Below are positions 36,756 to 46,777 of a stretch of DNA of 64,000 nucleotides, in pieces. Below the pieces are notes generated by a model, which searched no databases, was not told the origin of the DNA, and saw only the letters and a list, made by a program, of their open reading frames with translations. This DNA comes from Candidatus Nomurabacteria bacterium (GTDB lineage Bacteria > Patescibacteriota > Saccharimonadia > JAGOAT01). A program made the position numbers and the translations under genes. The stretch is taken from positions 225,878 to 289,877 of the forward strand of contig JACKGM010000001.1 of the NCBI GenBank assembly GCA_020639315.1. Direction: 5' to 3'. How positions within the stretch are numbered: position 1 is the stretch's first letter; every line of letters starts with the position of its first letter.

Positions 36756-37466
36756 ATGAAGCTAAAACTGATTTATCTTTACCCAGAAATAATGAATACC
36801 TATGGTGATAGGGGCAATGTGATGCTGCTCGAAGCAAGGGCCAAAGATTATGGGATTGAAATATCGACTGACTATTATACCCTTGGTGACCAGCTTGACC
36901 TCACCCAGTATCAACTCTTATTTTTTGGAGGTGGACAGGATAAGGGGCAAAATCTGATTGCCAGAGATCTCATGTATCACAAAGCTCAATTGTCAGATGC
37001 GGTAAAGAGAGGGATTGCCGGCTTGCTGGTATGTGGTGGCTATCAGATGCTGGGGAGTGAGGTCGGGCTGGCAGATGGTGGGGTGCTGGAGGGTCTATCA
37101 ATCTTACCGGTTAAGACTCTAGTCGGCAAAAATCGCAAGATTGGTAATCTATTGGTGCAGTCTGAGCAGTTTGGGTCACTGGTTGGTTTTGAAAACCATA
37201 GTGGCAACACGATTCTTGATCAGTCAGGTAAGGCTCTTGCTCAAACTATCAAGGGTTATGGCAATAATGACTCTGCCATTGATGAGGGAATTATCTATCG
37301 CAATCTGATTGGCACCTATATGCATGGACCATTTTTACCTAAAAATATTCAAGTAGCGGACTGGCTACTTTCTAGAGCAGTCGGTAAAGACCTATTGACT
37401 AATACTCAGTCTAGCCTCTACAAGGTCTCTATCTCCGCTCGTGAGTCTGTGCTTGGTGCTTTATAG
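36756..37466 (+). CDS. gatD: Glutamine amidotransferase GatD (CobB/CobQ-like GATase1), partner of MurT for peptidoglycan D-Glu amidation.
   Basis: Conserved blocks LYPEIMNTYGDRGN, FFGGGQD, CGGYQMLG, GFENHSG, GYGNNDS and GTYMHGPFLPKN match the GatD family. Start set at ATG 36756, directly after the murT stop. Confidence 0.75.
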   Translation: MKLKLIYLYPEIMNTYGDRGNVMLLEARAKDYGIEISTDYYTLGDQLDLTQYQLLFFGGGQDKGQNLIARDLMYHKAQLSDAVKRGIAGLLVCGGYQMLGSEVGLADGGVLEGLSILPVKTLVGKNRKIGNLLVQSEQFGSLVGFENHSGNTILDQSGKALAQTIKGYGNNDSAIDEGIIYRNLIGTYMHGPFLPKNIQVADWLLSRAVGKDLLTNTQSSLYKVSISARESVLGAL

Positions 37467-37509
37467 GATTTTTGGGCAACTCCGAGATACTAGACTTCTA
37501 AGTAGTACG

Positions 37510-38050
37510 AAATACTGGATCCCCCGTAAGTTCTCCGAACTTCGGAGGATGACTAATGCGCGAAATACTGGTTCCCCCGTAAACTCCTTCGGAGTTTCGG
37601 AGGATGACAAGACAAGAGAGAGTGTCGGAGGATGACAATGCCCTTCCCGTGTCATCTTCGGATTTCTCTAAAAGAGAAATACTGGAGATCCACCCTCTCC
37701 TGTCATCTTCGGATTACCCGGAGGGGAATACCGGAGATCCACCTCCTCGTGTCATCTTCGGATTACCCGGAGGGTAATACCGGAGATCCAGTATTTGAAT
37801 TTGGTATTAAAGTAATGCGAAATACTGGATCCCCCGTAAGTTCTCCGAACTTCGGAGGATGACTAATGCGCGAAATACTGGTTCCCCCGTAAACTCCTTC
37901 GGAGTTTCGGAGGATGACAAGACAAGAGAGAGTTTCGGAGGATGACAAGACAAGAGAGAGTTTCGGAGGATGACAAAAGAAGGGTGGACTTCGGAGGATG
38001 ACAGGACGAGGGGTTTCGGAGGATGACAATGCAAAGCCTGGATTCGGAGG
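37510..38050. mobile_element. MITE/REP-like family 1 cluster. It includes a ~5-unit 29-nt sub-repeat array at about 37895-38040.
   Basis: Same signatures. The array reads ggaggatgacaagacaagagagagtttc repeated with variants. Confidence 0.75.
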
Positions 38051-38065
38051 GTGGTGAGGTCTTAT

Positions 38066-38228
38066 TAACCCTGTTGCCATATAACCTCACGGCTTCAAAA
38101 CTGCCATTTTTGCCCCAGACTAGCAAAACACTTCGCAGCGTAACTCCTGTTATGCTTTGTCGTGTTTTGGTATTCTGGAATAAAAATCATCAGCTTTGAC
38201 CTCGCAAGTTTATATGGCAACAGGGTTA
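38066..38228. mobile_element. 163-bp MITE-like element (family 2) bounded by perfect 17-bp TIRs AACCCTGTTGCCATATA...TATATGGCAACAGGGTT, flanked by TA.
   Basis: Read directly. A second copy at 45234-45396 is in opposite orientation, and a related uninterrupted (empty) site is at about 59590. Confidence 0.6.
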
Positions 38229-38244
38229 CTGAGCTAAAAATGTA

Positions 38245-38273
38245 TTCGCAAACAAGAAAATCACTGGTATAAT
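38245..38273 (+). promoter_or_regulatory. Promoter TTCGCA-N17-TATAAT, with the ATG 6 nt downstream (leaderless).
   Basis: Hexamers at 38245-38250 and 38268-38273. ATG at 38280. Confidence 0.4.
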
Positions 38274-38279
38274 AGAGTA

Positions 38280-38930
38280 ATGTTAGATCAATTGTTTGGC
38301 TCCAAAACCAGAGTGAAGTTATTAACCCTATTTTATAATAATGTCGATCGTCCATATTATGTCAGAGAGATCACAAGAAAAATCGATGAGCAAATCAATT
38401 CAGTCAGACGGGAGCTGCAAAACCTGCTTTCAATCGGTATTCTCAAGTCAGTTTCTCGTTCCAACCGACTATATTATGAGGTTGACCCCGGGTTCAAGTT
38501 CTTTAAGCAATTCGAGCAAATATTCCAAAATCTAGATCAGACAGATGCCACTGATGATAAGCTAAACAAAGAAGAAGAGAAAATCACTCGAATGATCCGG
38601 AGGACTGGCAATGTCAAATTGCTCTTCCTCAGCGGCTCGTTTGTCCGAGGTTCGAGGCAGATGATCGATATCTTTGTGGTCGGAGATGTCAATAAGACCC
38701 AGCTAGCAAACTCGGTCGAGATGCTAGAGCAAGACATGAATCGGGAACTCAACTATACCGCGATGAGAATCGAGGACTTTGACTACCGCCGCAACCTCAA
38801 TGATCGGTTTTTGACAGATATTTTAGATTCCAAAAAGATTGTTTTGATTGATGAGCTTGGTCTGTATCACAAATCAGTCGGGATCAAGGATCAATCAGAG
38901 GAAGATTCTAGTGAAAGAGATCAAGGTTAG
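38280..38930 (+). CDS. Winged-HTH DNA-binding protein fused to a nucleotidyltransferase-fold domain (putative regulator).
   Basis: N-terminal wHTH-like YYVREITRKIDEQINSVRRELQNLLSIGIL. Minimal NTase motif LFLSGSFVRGSRQMIDIFVVGD. Confidence 0.45.
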   Translation: MLDQLFGSKTRVKLLTLFYNNVDRPYYVREITRKIDEQINSVRRELQNLLSIGILKSVSRSNRLYYEVDPGFKFFKQFEQIFQNLDQTDATDDKLNKEEEKITRMIRRTGNVKLLFLSGSFVRGSRQMIDIFVVGDVNKTQLANSVEMLEQDMNRELNYTAMRIEDFDYRRNLNDRFLTDILDSKKIVLIDELGLYHKSVGIKDQSEEDSSERDQG

Positions 38931-39927
38931 TTTTTCGATCCCCTCGATCCTTCAGGTGATTGGCGTGCTGGTTGGGGTTGTGGTAGTCTGGAATCTTAGA
39001 TCAGTTTTAATTCCTTTGCTTATCAGTATCATCATAGCAGCAGCGCTTAATCCGATTGTCCAGATGATGACCAGGCGAAAGATTCCCAGACCCTTAGCTG
39101 TCTTGATCGTTTTCGCTATATTGATGGCTTTACTAATCACCTTGATTGGGCTAGTGATCCCCATCCTTGCCAGCCAAATTGGTGAGATTGTCAACCAGGG
39201 TCCAACAATTGCAACTCAGTTCAAGGATTTGCTGATCGAGATAGGGTTGCCGAATAGTGTAATCCAGGAAATTAATATCGAAAGGGTTGGGCACTATGCT
39301 AGCCAACTTGAAGGACAAATCAGTGGATCAGTCGGAGCTTTGGTCAATGGTTTAGCTCAGTTTGTTACAATCATTGTTTTTACCGTTTACTTACTGCTAG
39401 GTAGTAGTACGATTGGGGCTAGCTATGATCGAGTAGTCAAGGATTGGCCAATCCGTGAACGATTAGTCAGGATTGGTGATAAAATTAGCCAAAAACTAAG
39501 CTATTGGCTCAGGGGTCAGATTGTTTTATCATTTGTAATCTTTGGGTTCAGCTACATTGGGCTAAGGATTATCGGGGTTGAGAGCGCCTTTACTTTGGCA
39601 GTGATTGCTGGCATGACCGAGGCAATTCCAATCATTGGTCCTGTTATTGCCGGGGTTATTGCTGGACTTGTGGCTTTGGTGACCTCTCCGGTTCAGGCAC
39701 TCTTGGTAGTGCTATACTATATTGTCTTGCAACAGCTGGAGAATAATCTAATCGTACCCCTAGTCATGAGAAAAGCCTTGGGTTTGCCTCCACTCACTGT
39801 ATTATTTGCTCTGCTAGTCGGAGCAAAACTTCTGGGATTTGTTGGTGTAATCTTTGCAGTACCTTTGGCTTCTATTATTACAATTACTGTGGAGGAATTT
39901 TTGAGCAATGGCGAAGAAGCGGAATAG
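38911..39927 (+). CDS. AI-2E family transporter (PerM/UPF0118-like permease).
   Basis: Polytopic membrane protein with the conserved C-terminal block GLRIIGVESAFTLAVIAGMTEAIPIIGPVIAGVIAGLVAL. Start set at GTG 38911, preceded by a GAGGA RBS. The track ATG at 38848 would overlap the upstream gene by 83 nt. Confidence 0.6.
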   Translation: MKEIKVSFSIPSILQVIGVLVGVVVVWNLRSVLIPLLISIIIAAALNPIVQMMTRRKIPRPLAVLIVFAILMALLITLIGLVIPILASQIGEIVNQGPTIATQFKDLLIEIGLPNSVIQEINIERVGHYASQLEGQISGSVGALVNGLAQFVTIIVFTVYLLLGSSTIGASYDRVVKDWPIRERLVRIGDKISQKLSYWLRGQIVLSFVIFGFSYIGLRIIGVESAFTLAVIAGMTEAIPIIGPVIAGVIAGLVALVTSPVQALLVVLYYIVLQQLENNLIVPLVMRKALGLPPLTVLFALLVGAKLLGFVGVIFAVPLASIITITVEEFLSNGEEAE

Positions 39928-42064
39928 TACTAAGAAAGTATCAAAGCAGGCTAAAACCAAAGAGCTTACTTTTAACCCAATCAAGTACGAGATAATCGCT
40001 GTCTTGATTGGATTTTTGGCAATTATGCTGCTGGCTGCCAGTTTTAATTTGGCCGGAGGTTTGGGAGAAGCAATTCTTTCAGGGTTTAAGGTGATTTTTG
40101 GTTCAGCTGTCTATGCCTTTATTTTGATTTTGCTAGTCTATGCTTATCAGCTATTTCGACTGGAAGATTTTCCGAAAAAGTTTCGGTTTGTTGCGTTGTT
40201 TATTGTGCTAGTGAGCTTGTCGGGTATATTTGGAATTTTATCAGAAGATAAGGCCTTTAGTCTTAATGCAATTAGATCCCATGGTGGACTGGTTGGTTGG
40301 ACCCTTGATAGTATTTTGGTTGGGCTGATTGGTAAACCCTTGAGTATTCTACTAATGGTGATTACGGGGTTAATCGGACTAATCTTGGCAGCCAACAAAA
40401 GTATTAAAGATTTGTTTAGTAAGGAAAAAGCAACTAGTGACAAGAAGCAGGCTGATAGCATCGATAAGGATCCAAAGTCCCAAGACCTCAATCGTTTGGC
40501 GATTCGAGGGACGATTGACGCTAGTGGAGATAAAAAGTCTTCAAGTAGCAAGGAGCAAGAGCCAATCAAACCAAGCAAAACCCTTTCGGCGCTAGTACTT
40601 GAAAGCGATCCAGATTGGCAAGCACCGAAGCCAGAATTTCTCGAAGCTACCACTACCAAACCGGACGCAGGAGATGTCAAAGAAAATGCCAAGACTATCA
40701 AGAATACCTTTGCTGACTTCAATATAGCGGTCGAAATGCACGGAGTCAATATCGGTCCGACTGTCAGTCAATATAGCTTGAAACCGCCTCCTGGAGTCCG
40801 TTTGACCAAGCTAACCACTCTTGACCACAATTTGGCACTAGCTTTGGCGGCCCATCCGATCAGGATAGAAGCACCAATCCCAGGCAAGAGTTTGGTGGGA
40901 GTAGAGATGCCCAATAAGCGTCCGGCAGTAGTCAGAATGAGGGATAGTTTATTTGCTAAATCAATGCAATCCAACCCAGATCCTCTAAGCTTTGTGATTG
41001 GCCGAGATGTCAATGGGGAAGTAGTGACAGCCAATCTTGCCAAGATGCCCCATCTACTAATTGCTGGAGCGACTGGCTCGGGTAAGTCTGTCACAGTCAA
41101 TTCCTTGATAGTCAGTATGCTTTATCGCAACTCACCCAATCAACTCAAGCTGATCTTGGTCGATCCAAAACGAGTCGAGATGACACTTTATAATGATATC
41201 CCCCATTTGTTGACCCCAGTGATTGTAGAACCAGAAAAAACCGTTTCTGCTTTGCGTTGGGCAGTGGCTGAAATGGATAGACGCTATCGTACATTGTCTA
41301 GTCACAGAAAGCGTAATATTGATGAATACAATGAGATAGAAGATCAGGACAATATGCCTTATATCGTGATCGTAATTGATGAGTTGGCAGATTTGATGGC
41401 GGTGGCTGCCAATGAAGTCGAAGGCTTAATCGTTAGATTAGCCCAGATGGCGAGGGCAGTAGGGATTCACTTGGTGCTTGCTACCCAGAGGCCGAGTGTC
41501 GATGTGATTACTGGCCTAATCAAGGCAAACTTCCCGGCTCGGATTGCTCTATCTACTACTTCTCAGATTGATTCTAGGACAATTATCGATCAGGCTGGGG
41601 CTGAGAAATTGCTCGGCAAGGGGGATCTACTCTTGGTTACCCCAGATTTCCTGAAGCCAAGACGGGTGCAGGGGGTATTTCTCAGCGAGAAGGAGGTCAG
41701 TAGCGTAACCAACTTCTTAAGAGAACAAAGACCACCTAGCTATGACCAAGAAATCCTTGCTCAAGCGGCAAAATTGGGCAACAAAGGCTCGGCTAGCTTT
41801 GGCGGAGGAGAAGATCAAGATGATTTATACCAAGACGCACTTGAGGTAGTAATTAGCTCGGGCAATGCTTCGGCATCTATGCTCCAGAGAAGGTTAAGGG
41901 TTGGTTTTCAGAGAGCTTCGAGATTACTAGATATGATGGAAGAAAATGGCATCATCTCTCCGCAGGATGGACAAAGATCGAGAGAAGTTTTGGTGGATTC
42001 GATCGAGCAAGCCAATCAGCTCTCAGAGCTAGGGGATCAAGATTCAGAGCTGGATGAATACTAA
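39908..42064 (+). CDS. ftsK: DNA translocase FtsK/SpoIIIE.
   Basis: N-terminal TM segments. Walker A AGATGSGKSVTVNS, Walker B IVIVIDELADLM, and a C-terminal gamma-domain-like winged helix. Confidence 0.85.
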   Translation: MAKKRNSTKKVSKQAKTKELTFNPIKYEIIAVLIGFLAIMLLAASFNLAGGLGEAILSGFKVIFGSAVYAFILILLVYAYQLFRLEDFPKKFRFVALFIVLVSLSGIFGILSEDKAFSLNAIRSHGGLVGWTLDSILVGLIGKPLSILLMVITGLIGLILAANKSIKDLFSKEKATSDKKQADSIDKDPKSQDLNRLAIRGTIDASGDKKSSSSKEQEPIKPSKTLSALVLESDPDWQAPKPEFLEATTTKPDAGDVKENAKTIKNTFADFNIAVEMHGVNIGPTVSQYSLKPPPGVRLTKLTTLDHNLALALAAHPIRIEAPIPGKSLVGVEMPNKRPAVVRMRDSLFAKSMQSNPDPLSFVIGRDVNGEVVTANLAKMPHLLIAGATGSGKSVTVNSLIVSMLYRNSPNQLKLILVDPKRVEMTLYNDIPHLLTPVIVEPEKTVSALRWAVAEMDRRYRTLSSHRKRNIDEYNEIEDQDNMPYIVIVIDELADLMAVAANEVEGLIVRLAQMARAVGIHLVLATQRPSVDVITGLIKANFPARIALSTTSQIDSRTIIDQAGAEKLLGKGDLLLVTPDFLKPRRVQGVFLSEKEVSSVTNFLREQRPPSYDQEILAQAAKLGNKGSASFGGGEDQDDLYQDALEVVISSGNASASMLQRRLRVGFQRASRLLDMMEENGIISPQDGQRSREVLVDSIEQANQLSELGDQDSELDEY

Positions 42065-43025
42065 GACTGATCCAGTTGATTTGGTAGCGTTGGGAGCCAG
42101 ACTTGAGTCTGCTCGCAAAGCCAAGAAGCTTAGCTTGGCTCAGGCTGAAAAATCTACTAAGATTCGGGTGTCAATTCTTGAGAAGATAGAGTCTGGGCAG
42201 TACCAACTTGATGTTTATTGGTCAGGTTTGGTCAATAATTATGCCAAGTTTTTAAACCTTGATCCTGAGATTGATAATAGCCAAGGTGCAAGCTCGATTG
42301 AAACCTCAAAGATTTTTTCAGTAAGACCGATCAATGATCGACGTTTAATATTTACACCAAAGACATTCTTGTTTTTGGTGCTAAGCTTTATATTTGGGAC
42401 TATATCAGTATTCATCGCTATCCAGCTCAGGGCTCTATTGTCGAGTCCAAAGATTGAGCTAGATAATATTGATCAAGTGATTACAATCAATCAGAGAATA
42501 TTTGAGCTCAGTGGTAAGACGGATAATGATAGTGATGTTTTTATCAATGACTCACCGGTGCTGAGCAATCAGGACGGGAGCTTTAGTGAAATGATTACTT
42601 TGAGTCAAGGGTATAATAATCTGGTAGTTTCAGCAAGAAATAGACTGGGTAAGCAAACTGACAAGGGGATAACAATCATCGTCGATGCACCTGAAGTCGC
42701 CCAGAATACCCAAGAAGAACAAGAGGATAGTTTAGGAGACCCGGGAACAGGAGAGGTAATACTAAAACTCAAAGTAGGGGATAGTGCTACTTGGCTGGTA
42801 GTTACGGTAGACGGGGTAGAGGTGTTTAGAGGGACTTTACTGGCAGGAGTCGAACAGGAGTTTGTAGCACAGGAGCAGATTGGTATCACTACTGGTAATG
42901 CTAAGAGTACCCAGCTCACTCTGACCAATGATAAGGTGACAGATTATCAGATAGGTGAGCTGGGGGGAGAAGGGGAGGTCAAGCGCGATTTGATTTTTGG
43001 GCGGGATACTGAGTTTATTGAATAG
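42054..43025 (+). CDS. rodZ: RodZ-like protein with an XRE-type HTH, a single TM helix and a DUF4115-like C-terminal domain.
   Basis: N-terminal LGARLESARKAKKLSLAQAEKSTKIRVSILEKIESGQ. TM LFLVLSFIFGTISVFIAIQL. C-terminal KLKVGDSATWLVVTVDGVEVFRGTLLAGV pattern. The 11-nt overlap with the ftsK stop is ATGAATACTAA. Confidence 0.55.
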   Translation: MNTKTDPVDLVALGARLESARKAKKLSLAQAEKSTKIRVSILEKIESGQYQLDVYWSGLVNNYAKFLNLDPEIDNSQGASSIETSKIFSVRPINDRRLIFTPKTFLFLVLSFIFGTISVFIAIQLRALLSSPKIELDNIDQVITINQRIFELSGKTDNDSDVFINDSPVLSNQDGSFSEMITLSQGYNNLVVSARNRLGKQTDKGITIIVDAPEVAQNTQEEQEDSLGDPGTGEVILKLKVGDSATWLVVTVDGVEVFRGTLLAGVEQEFVAQEQIGITTGNAKSTQLTLTNDKVTDYQIGELGGEGEVKRDLIFGRDTEFIE

Positions 43026-43029
43026 AGGT

Positions 43030-43161
43030 AGTCATCCTCCGAAACCCGCCTCTCTTCTGTCATCCTCCGAAGTTCGGAGAACTTACGGGGGATCCAGTAT
43101 CCGGCATTGTGCATTGTCATCCTCCGAATCCTCATAGAGGATTACAGGGGATCCAGTATTT
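43030..43161. mobile_element. MITE/REP-like family 1 element (two reversed arms) between rodZ-like and recA.
   Basis: tgtcatcctccgaagttcggagaacttacgggggatccagtat and gtcatcctccgaatcctcatagaggattacaggggatccagtatttt. Confidence 0.7.
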
Positions 43162-43240
43162 TGCATTAGAGTTATGTTTGCTATATATTCGTATTTGTAT
43201 TACAATATAAATCAACAGTATATTTTAATCAGGAGGAGTT

Positions 43241-44239
43241 ATGAGTAATACAAAAGATCCAGCCAAGAGTAAGGCAATCGACATGGCTTTAGAGCAGATA
43301 GAGCGACAGTTTGGTTCTGGCGCAATCATGCGTTTTGGTCAAGGCCAGAAGGTACAAGTAGAAACCTTTTCTTCTGGTAGTCTCAACCTAGACGAAGCAC
43401 TTGGTGGTGGTTTGCCAAAAGGTAGAATTATCGAGATTTATGGTCCAGAGTCTAGTGGTAAGACTACCTTATCATTGCACGCAGTGGCTGAGGTTCAAAA
43501 ATCTGGTGGTACTGCTGCATTCATCGATGCAGAGCATGCTCTGGATCCAGAATACGCAAGCAAGATTGGGGTCAAACTCGATGAGCTACTGATCTCTCAG
43601 CCAGACAATGGTGAGCAGGCACTGGAGATCTGCGAGACTCTAGTCCGCTCAGCTGCCGTCGATTTGGTAGTAGTTGATTCAGTAGCAGCTTTGGTGCCAA
43701 AAGCTGAGATCGACGGCCTGATGGGGGATAGTCATGTCGGTCTGCAGGCTAGGCTAATGTCTCAGGCTTTGCGTAAGTTGACAGGCATTGTCTCCAAGTC
43801 TAATACAACAGTAATCTTTATCAATCAGTTGAGACTCAAGATAGGAGTGATGTTTGGTAACCCTGAGACCACACCTGGTGGTCAGGCCTTGAAGTTTTAT
43901 GCATCAGTCAGGCTAGACATCCGGAGAACCGAAAGACTTACTAAGGAGCAAGAACAGATAGGCAATCGGGTCAAGGTCAAGGTGATCAAGAATAAGATTG
44001 CTCCACCCTTCAAGATTGCTGAGTTTGATATCATGTACAATCAAGGGATTTCCAGGAGTGGCGAAGCTCTAGATATTGGTCTAAACTTAGGCTTAATCAA
44101 GAAATCAGGCTCTTGGTACAGCTATGGTGAAGACAAGATTGGCCAAGGAGCTCAGGCAGCCAAGGAATTTTTGGAAGCCAACCCAAAGGTGCTTAATAAA
44201 ATAGTAAATGAAGCGAAAGCCAAGTCCAAGTCTAAATAA
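43241..44239 (+). CDS. recA: Recombinase RecA.
   Basis: [39 protein letters not shown] and the remainder are canonical RecA. An AGGAGG RBS lies 7 nt upstream. Confidence 0.95.
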   Translation: MSNTKDPAKSKAIDMALEQIERQFGSGAIMRFGQGQKVQVETFSSGSLNLDEALGGGLPKGRIIEIYGPESSGKTTLSLHAVAEVQKSGGTAAFIDAEHALDPEYASKIGVKLDELLISQPDNGEQALEICETLVRSAAVDLVVVDSVAALVPKAEIDGLMGDSHVGLQARLMSQALRKLTGIVSKSNTTVIFINQLRLKIGVMFGNPETTPGGQALKFYASVRLDIRRTERLTKEQEQIGNRVKVKVIKNKIAPPFKIAEFDIMYNQGISRSGEALDIGLNLGLIKKSGSWYSYGEDKIGQGAQAAKEFLEANPKVLNKIVNEAKAKSKSK

Positions 44240-44705
44240 AAAATTACCTCATTATTTCTTGCATGAAGATGAGGTAGGTCTAGCCTTGTATCGACATTAT
44301 CCATTGAGGCTAAGGTGGCCTTTTTATGGGTTTTTTTTTAGTATCATTATTGCTATCTTGATTCAGACTTATACAGGATATACTTGGGAGTATTTAGCCT
44401 TGATCCCTGCTGGGATTATTTTTTTGAGAGGTCTGGTCGGTTGGTATTATAGCTACGTCTTGGTAACCAATTACCAGGTATTAAGTATTGAACAAAACGG
44501 CTTATTTGATCGAGAGATTCGTCAAATCCAGCTAAAAAATATTCAAAATGTCAATTTTGCCCAGAGGGGTCTGGTGGCTAGTATCCTAGGGTATGGTAAT
44601 ATTGAAGTGGTAGCGACATTTAGTAATGAGATATTTTATTTTAAGGCTATCATGAAGCCACAGGAGTTACAGAATACTCTGATGAGACTGATTAGTCAGA
44701 TTTAG
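44208..44705 (+). CDS. Membrane protein with a bacterial PH (bPH_2/DUF304, YdbS/YdbT-like) domain.
   Basis: Two TM helices followed by [47 protein letters not shown]. The start is uncertain, because the ORF overlaps the recA 3' end by 32 nt. Confidence 0.45.
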   Translation: MKRKPSPSLNKKLPHYFLHEDEVGLALYRHYPLRLRWPFYGFFFSIIIAILIQTYTGYTWEYLALIPAGIIFLRGLVGWYYSYVLVTNYQVLSIEQNGLFDREIRQIQLKNIQNVNFAQRGLVASILGYGNIEVVATFSNEIFYFKAIMKPQELQNTLMRLISQI

Positions 44706-44720
44706 GAGAGTATAAATGCG

Positions 44721-45175
44721 AAATACTGGATCCCCCGTAAGTTCTCCGAACTTCGGAGGATGACAAGACAAGGGGCGGGTTTCGGAGGATGACAATCCTC
44801 TCCCTGTCATATTCCAAAATCCTGTAAGGATTTATGGGATATCCAGTATTTGAGTTGAATCCCCGGAAATGCAAAATACTGGATCCCCCGTAAGTTCTCC
44901 GAACTTCGGAGGATGACAAGACAAGGGGCGGGTTTCGGAGGATGACAATCCTCTCCCGTCATATTCCAAAATCCTGTAAGGATTTATGGGATATCCAGTA
45001 TTTGAGTTGAATCCCCGGAAATGCAAAATACTGGATCCCCCGTAAACCCTCTGGGTTTCGGAGGATGACAAGACTCTTCCTGTGTCATCTTCGGATTTCT
45101 CTAAAAGAGAAATACCGGAGATCCAGTATTTGAATTTGGTATTAAAGTAATGCGGAGATACTGGGTCCCCCGTAA
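44721..45175. mobile_element. MITE/REP-like family 1 cluster. A duplicated ~155-bp unit spans 44721-44875 and 44876-45030.
   Basis: Same signatures. The two units are near-identical. Confidence 0.75.
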
Positions 45176-45233
45176 TGACCCTCGTTATATAGCAAGTTAA
45201 AAACTAAACCAGACTTTTGACCCAACTCTAGAT

Positions 45234-45396
45234 TAACCCTGTTGCCATATAAACTTGCGAGGTCAAAGCTGATGATTTTTATTCTAGACTAGCAAAACAC
45301 GACAAAGCATAACAGGAGTTACGCTGCGAAGTGTTTTGCTAGTCTGGGGCAAAAATGGCAGTTTTGAAGCCGTGAGGTTATATGGCAACAGGGTTA
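45234..45396. mobile_element. Second copy of the 163-bp family-2 MITE-like element (TIR AACCCTGTTGCCATATA), in opposite orientation to the copy at 38066.
   Basis: The internal 129 bp is the reverse complement of the copy at 38066-38228. It also carries the perfect inner inverted repeat TAGACTAGCAAAACAC/GTGTTTTGCTAGTCTA. Confidence 0.6.
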
Positions 45397-45558
45397 GTTT
45401 ATAAAGCTAGTTTTCTTACTCACCATATCTATGGATATGGCTCTTAAGAAGAACTAGCTTTCTAGTTCTCTATAGTACAGCTCAAATTGTCCGGTTTTGT
45501 TTTGAGCTTGCTATAGGTTGAGTAAATTGAAACACTGGCAGTAAGTGCGAAAGTCCAG

Positions 45559-45564
45559 TATAAT
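45559..45564 (+). promoter_or_regulatory. TATAAT -10 hexamer 6 nt upstream of ATG 45571 (leaderless mRNA).
   Basis: Read directly. No SD sequence. Confidence 0.4.
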
Positions 45565-45570
45565 AAGCAC

Positions 45571-46773
45571 ATGAAGAATACTAAGTCAGATACCCCAAAA
45601 ACAAAGACCTCAACCAAAGCAAAAACTAAAGAGACTAAAAAAACCAAAGATACCGGTGATATCAAAACCGCGCCAAAGAAAATCAATTCGATTTCGATCA
45701 AAGAAAAAAGATTGTCATCAGTAGGCAGTAAAATCAACTTCCAAGACAAGCTCAGTAAAGTAAAAGCTAGGTCTAGGGTCAGTTTTCTCAAAAAACATAT
45801 GATTGTAATGGTTTCAGGTGTGATTGGGATCGCTATTGTGATAGTAGTTGGTATTGGTATAGCTATCTATGGCTTTAAGTCAGAAAGTAAATTGGTCTAT
45901 AGGATCAGCAGGATCATTAATTATCCAGTAGTGACAATTGATTCTAAGATTTTCCCTTGGTTTAGCACTAAGTCTGCTGGCTATGATCAATATTTGTATT
46001 ATCTTGAATCGACCAGACAAGGAGAGAAAACAGTTAGGGAAAAACAAGGCAATACCAATGAGATTAGTGAGGAAGATTACCTGACTCTTAAAACAGAGAT
46101 TCTAGATAATCTAGGTGATCGTTTGATTCTCGATGCCGAGGCTAAGAAGCGGGGGATTGAGATCAGTGATGAGGAAGTCCAGACTAGGTATACGCAATTG
46201 GTAGAGAGTTCTGGGGGTGAAGAGAAAGCAAGTGAATTTATTCGCGATTATTATGGCTGGTCGGTAGCTGAGTGGCAGGAAAATATCTTAAGAAAAGGTC
46301 TTTTGGAAGAGAAGCTAGCCGAAGCACTTTCAAACGACCAAGAGCTAGCAGATCAAGCAAGGGTCAAGGCCGAGGAAGTACTAGCCAAAGTGGAGGCAGG
46401 AGAAGATTTTGCTCAGCTAGCTCAAGAGTATTCAGAAGATGGTAGTGCTCAAAATGGTGGAGACCTTGGAGTGATTGAAAAAGGAGCGACAGTACAAAGC
46501 TTTGAGGATGCGGCTTTCGCCCTTGACAAGGGAGAGACTAGTGGGATAGTCGAGACAGAGTTTGGCTTCCATATCATCAAAGTGATGGATAAAAGCGATG
46601 ATGGCAAAATCAGAGTATCTCATATCTTGATCAAGAGAGTGGATTTTGATAGCTGGATGGAGCAGGCCAGAATTGATTATGACTTGAAGTTTATGATTAA
46701 TTTTGATCATAGTACAGATTCTTCAGACAATCCAGAGTCCAACGAAGCTCAAGCTTCGGAAGCCACGGAGTAG
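45571..46773 (+). CDS. Membrane-anchored PpiC/parvulin-type peptidyl-prolyl cis-trans isomerase (PrsA/PpiD/SurA-like chaperone).
   Basis: Lys-rich N-terminus, TM VMVSGVIGIAIVIVVGIGIAIYGF. Parvulin domain EDFAQLAQEYSEDGSAQNGGDLGVIEKGATVQSFEDAAFALDKGETSGIVETEFGFHIIKV. Confidence 0.75.
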   Translation: MKNTKSDTPKTKTSTKAKTKETKKTKDTGDIKTAPKKINSISIKEKRLSSVGSKINFQDKLSKVKARSRVSFLKKHMIVMVSGVIGIAIVIVVGIGIAIYGFKSESKLVYRISRIINYPVVTIDSKIFPWFSTKSAGYDQYLYYLESTRQGEKTVREKQGNTNEISEEDYLTLKTEILDNLGDRLILDAEAKKRGIEISDEEVQTRYTQLVESSGGEEKASEFIRDYYGWSVAEWQENILRKGLLEEKLAEALSNDQELADQARVKAEEVLAKVEAGEDFAQLAQEYSEDGSAQNGGDLGVIEKGATVQSFEDAAFALDKGETSGIVETEFGFHIIKVMDKSDDGKIRVSHILIKRVDFDSWMEQARIDYDLKFMINFDHSTDSSDNPESNEAQASEATE

Positions 46774-46777
46774 ATCA

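Noticed and set aside
38066-45396. Invertible DNA switch (the internal segment of the 163-bp element is inverted between the two copies).
   Set aside because: The two copies are at different loci. Perfect palindromic TIRs make an opposite-orientation insertion look like an internal inversion. There is no nearby recombinase, so insertion in both orientations is the simpler explanation.
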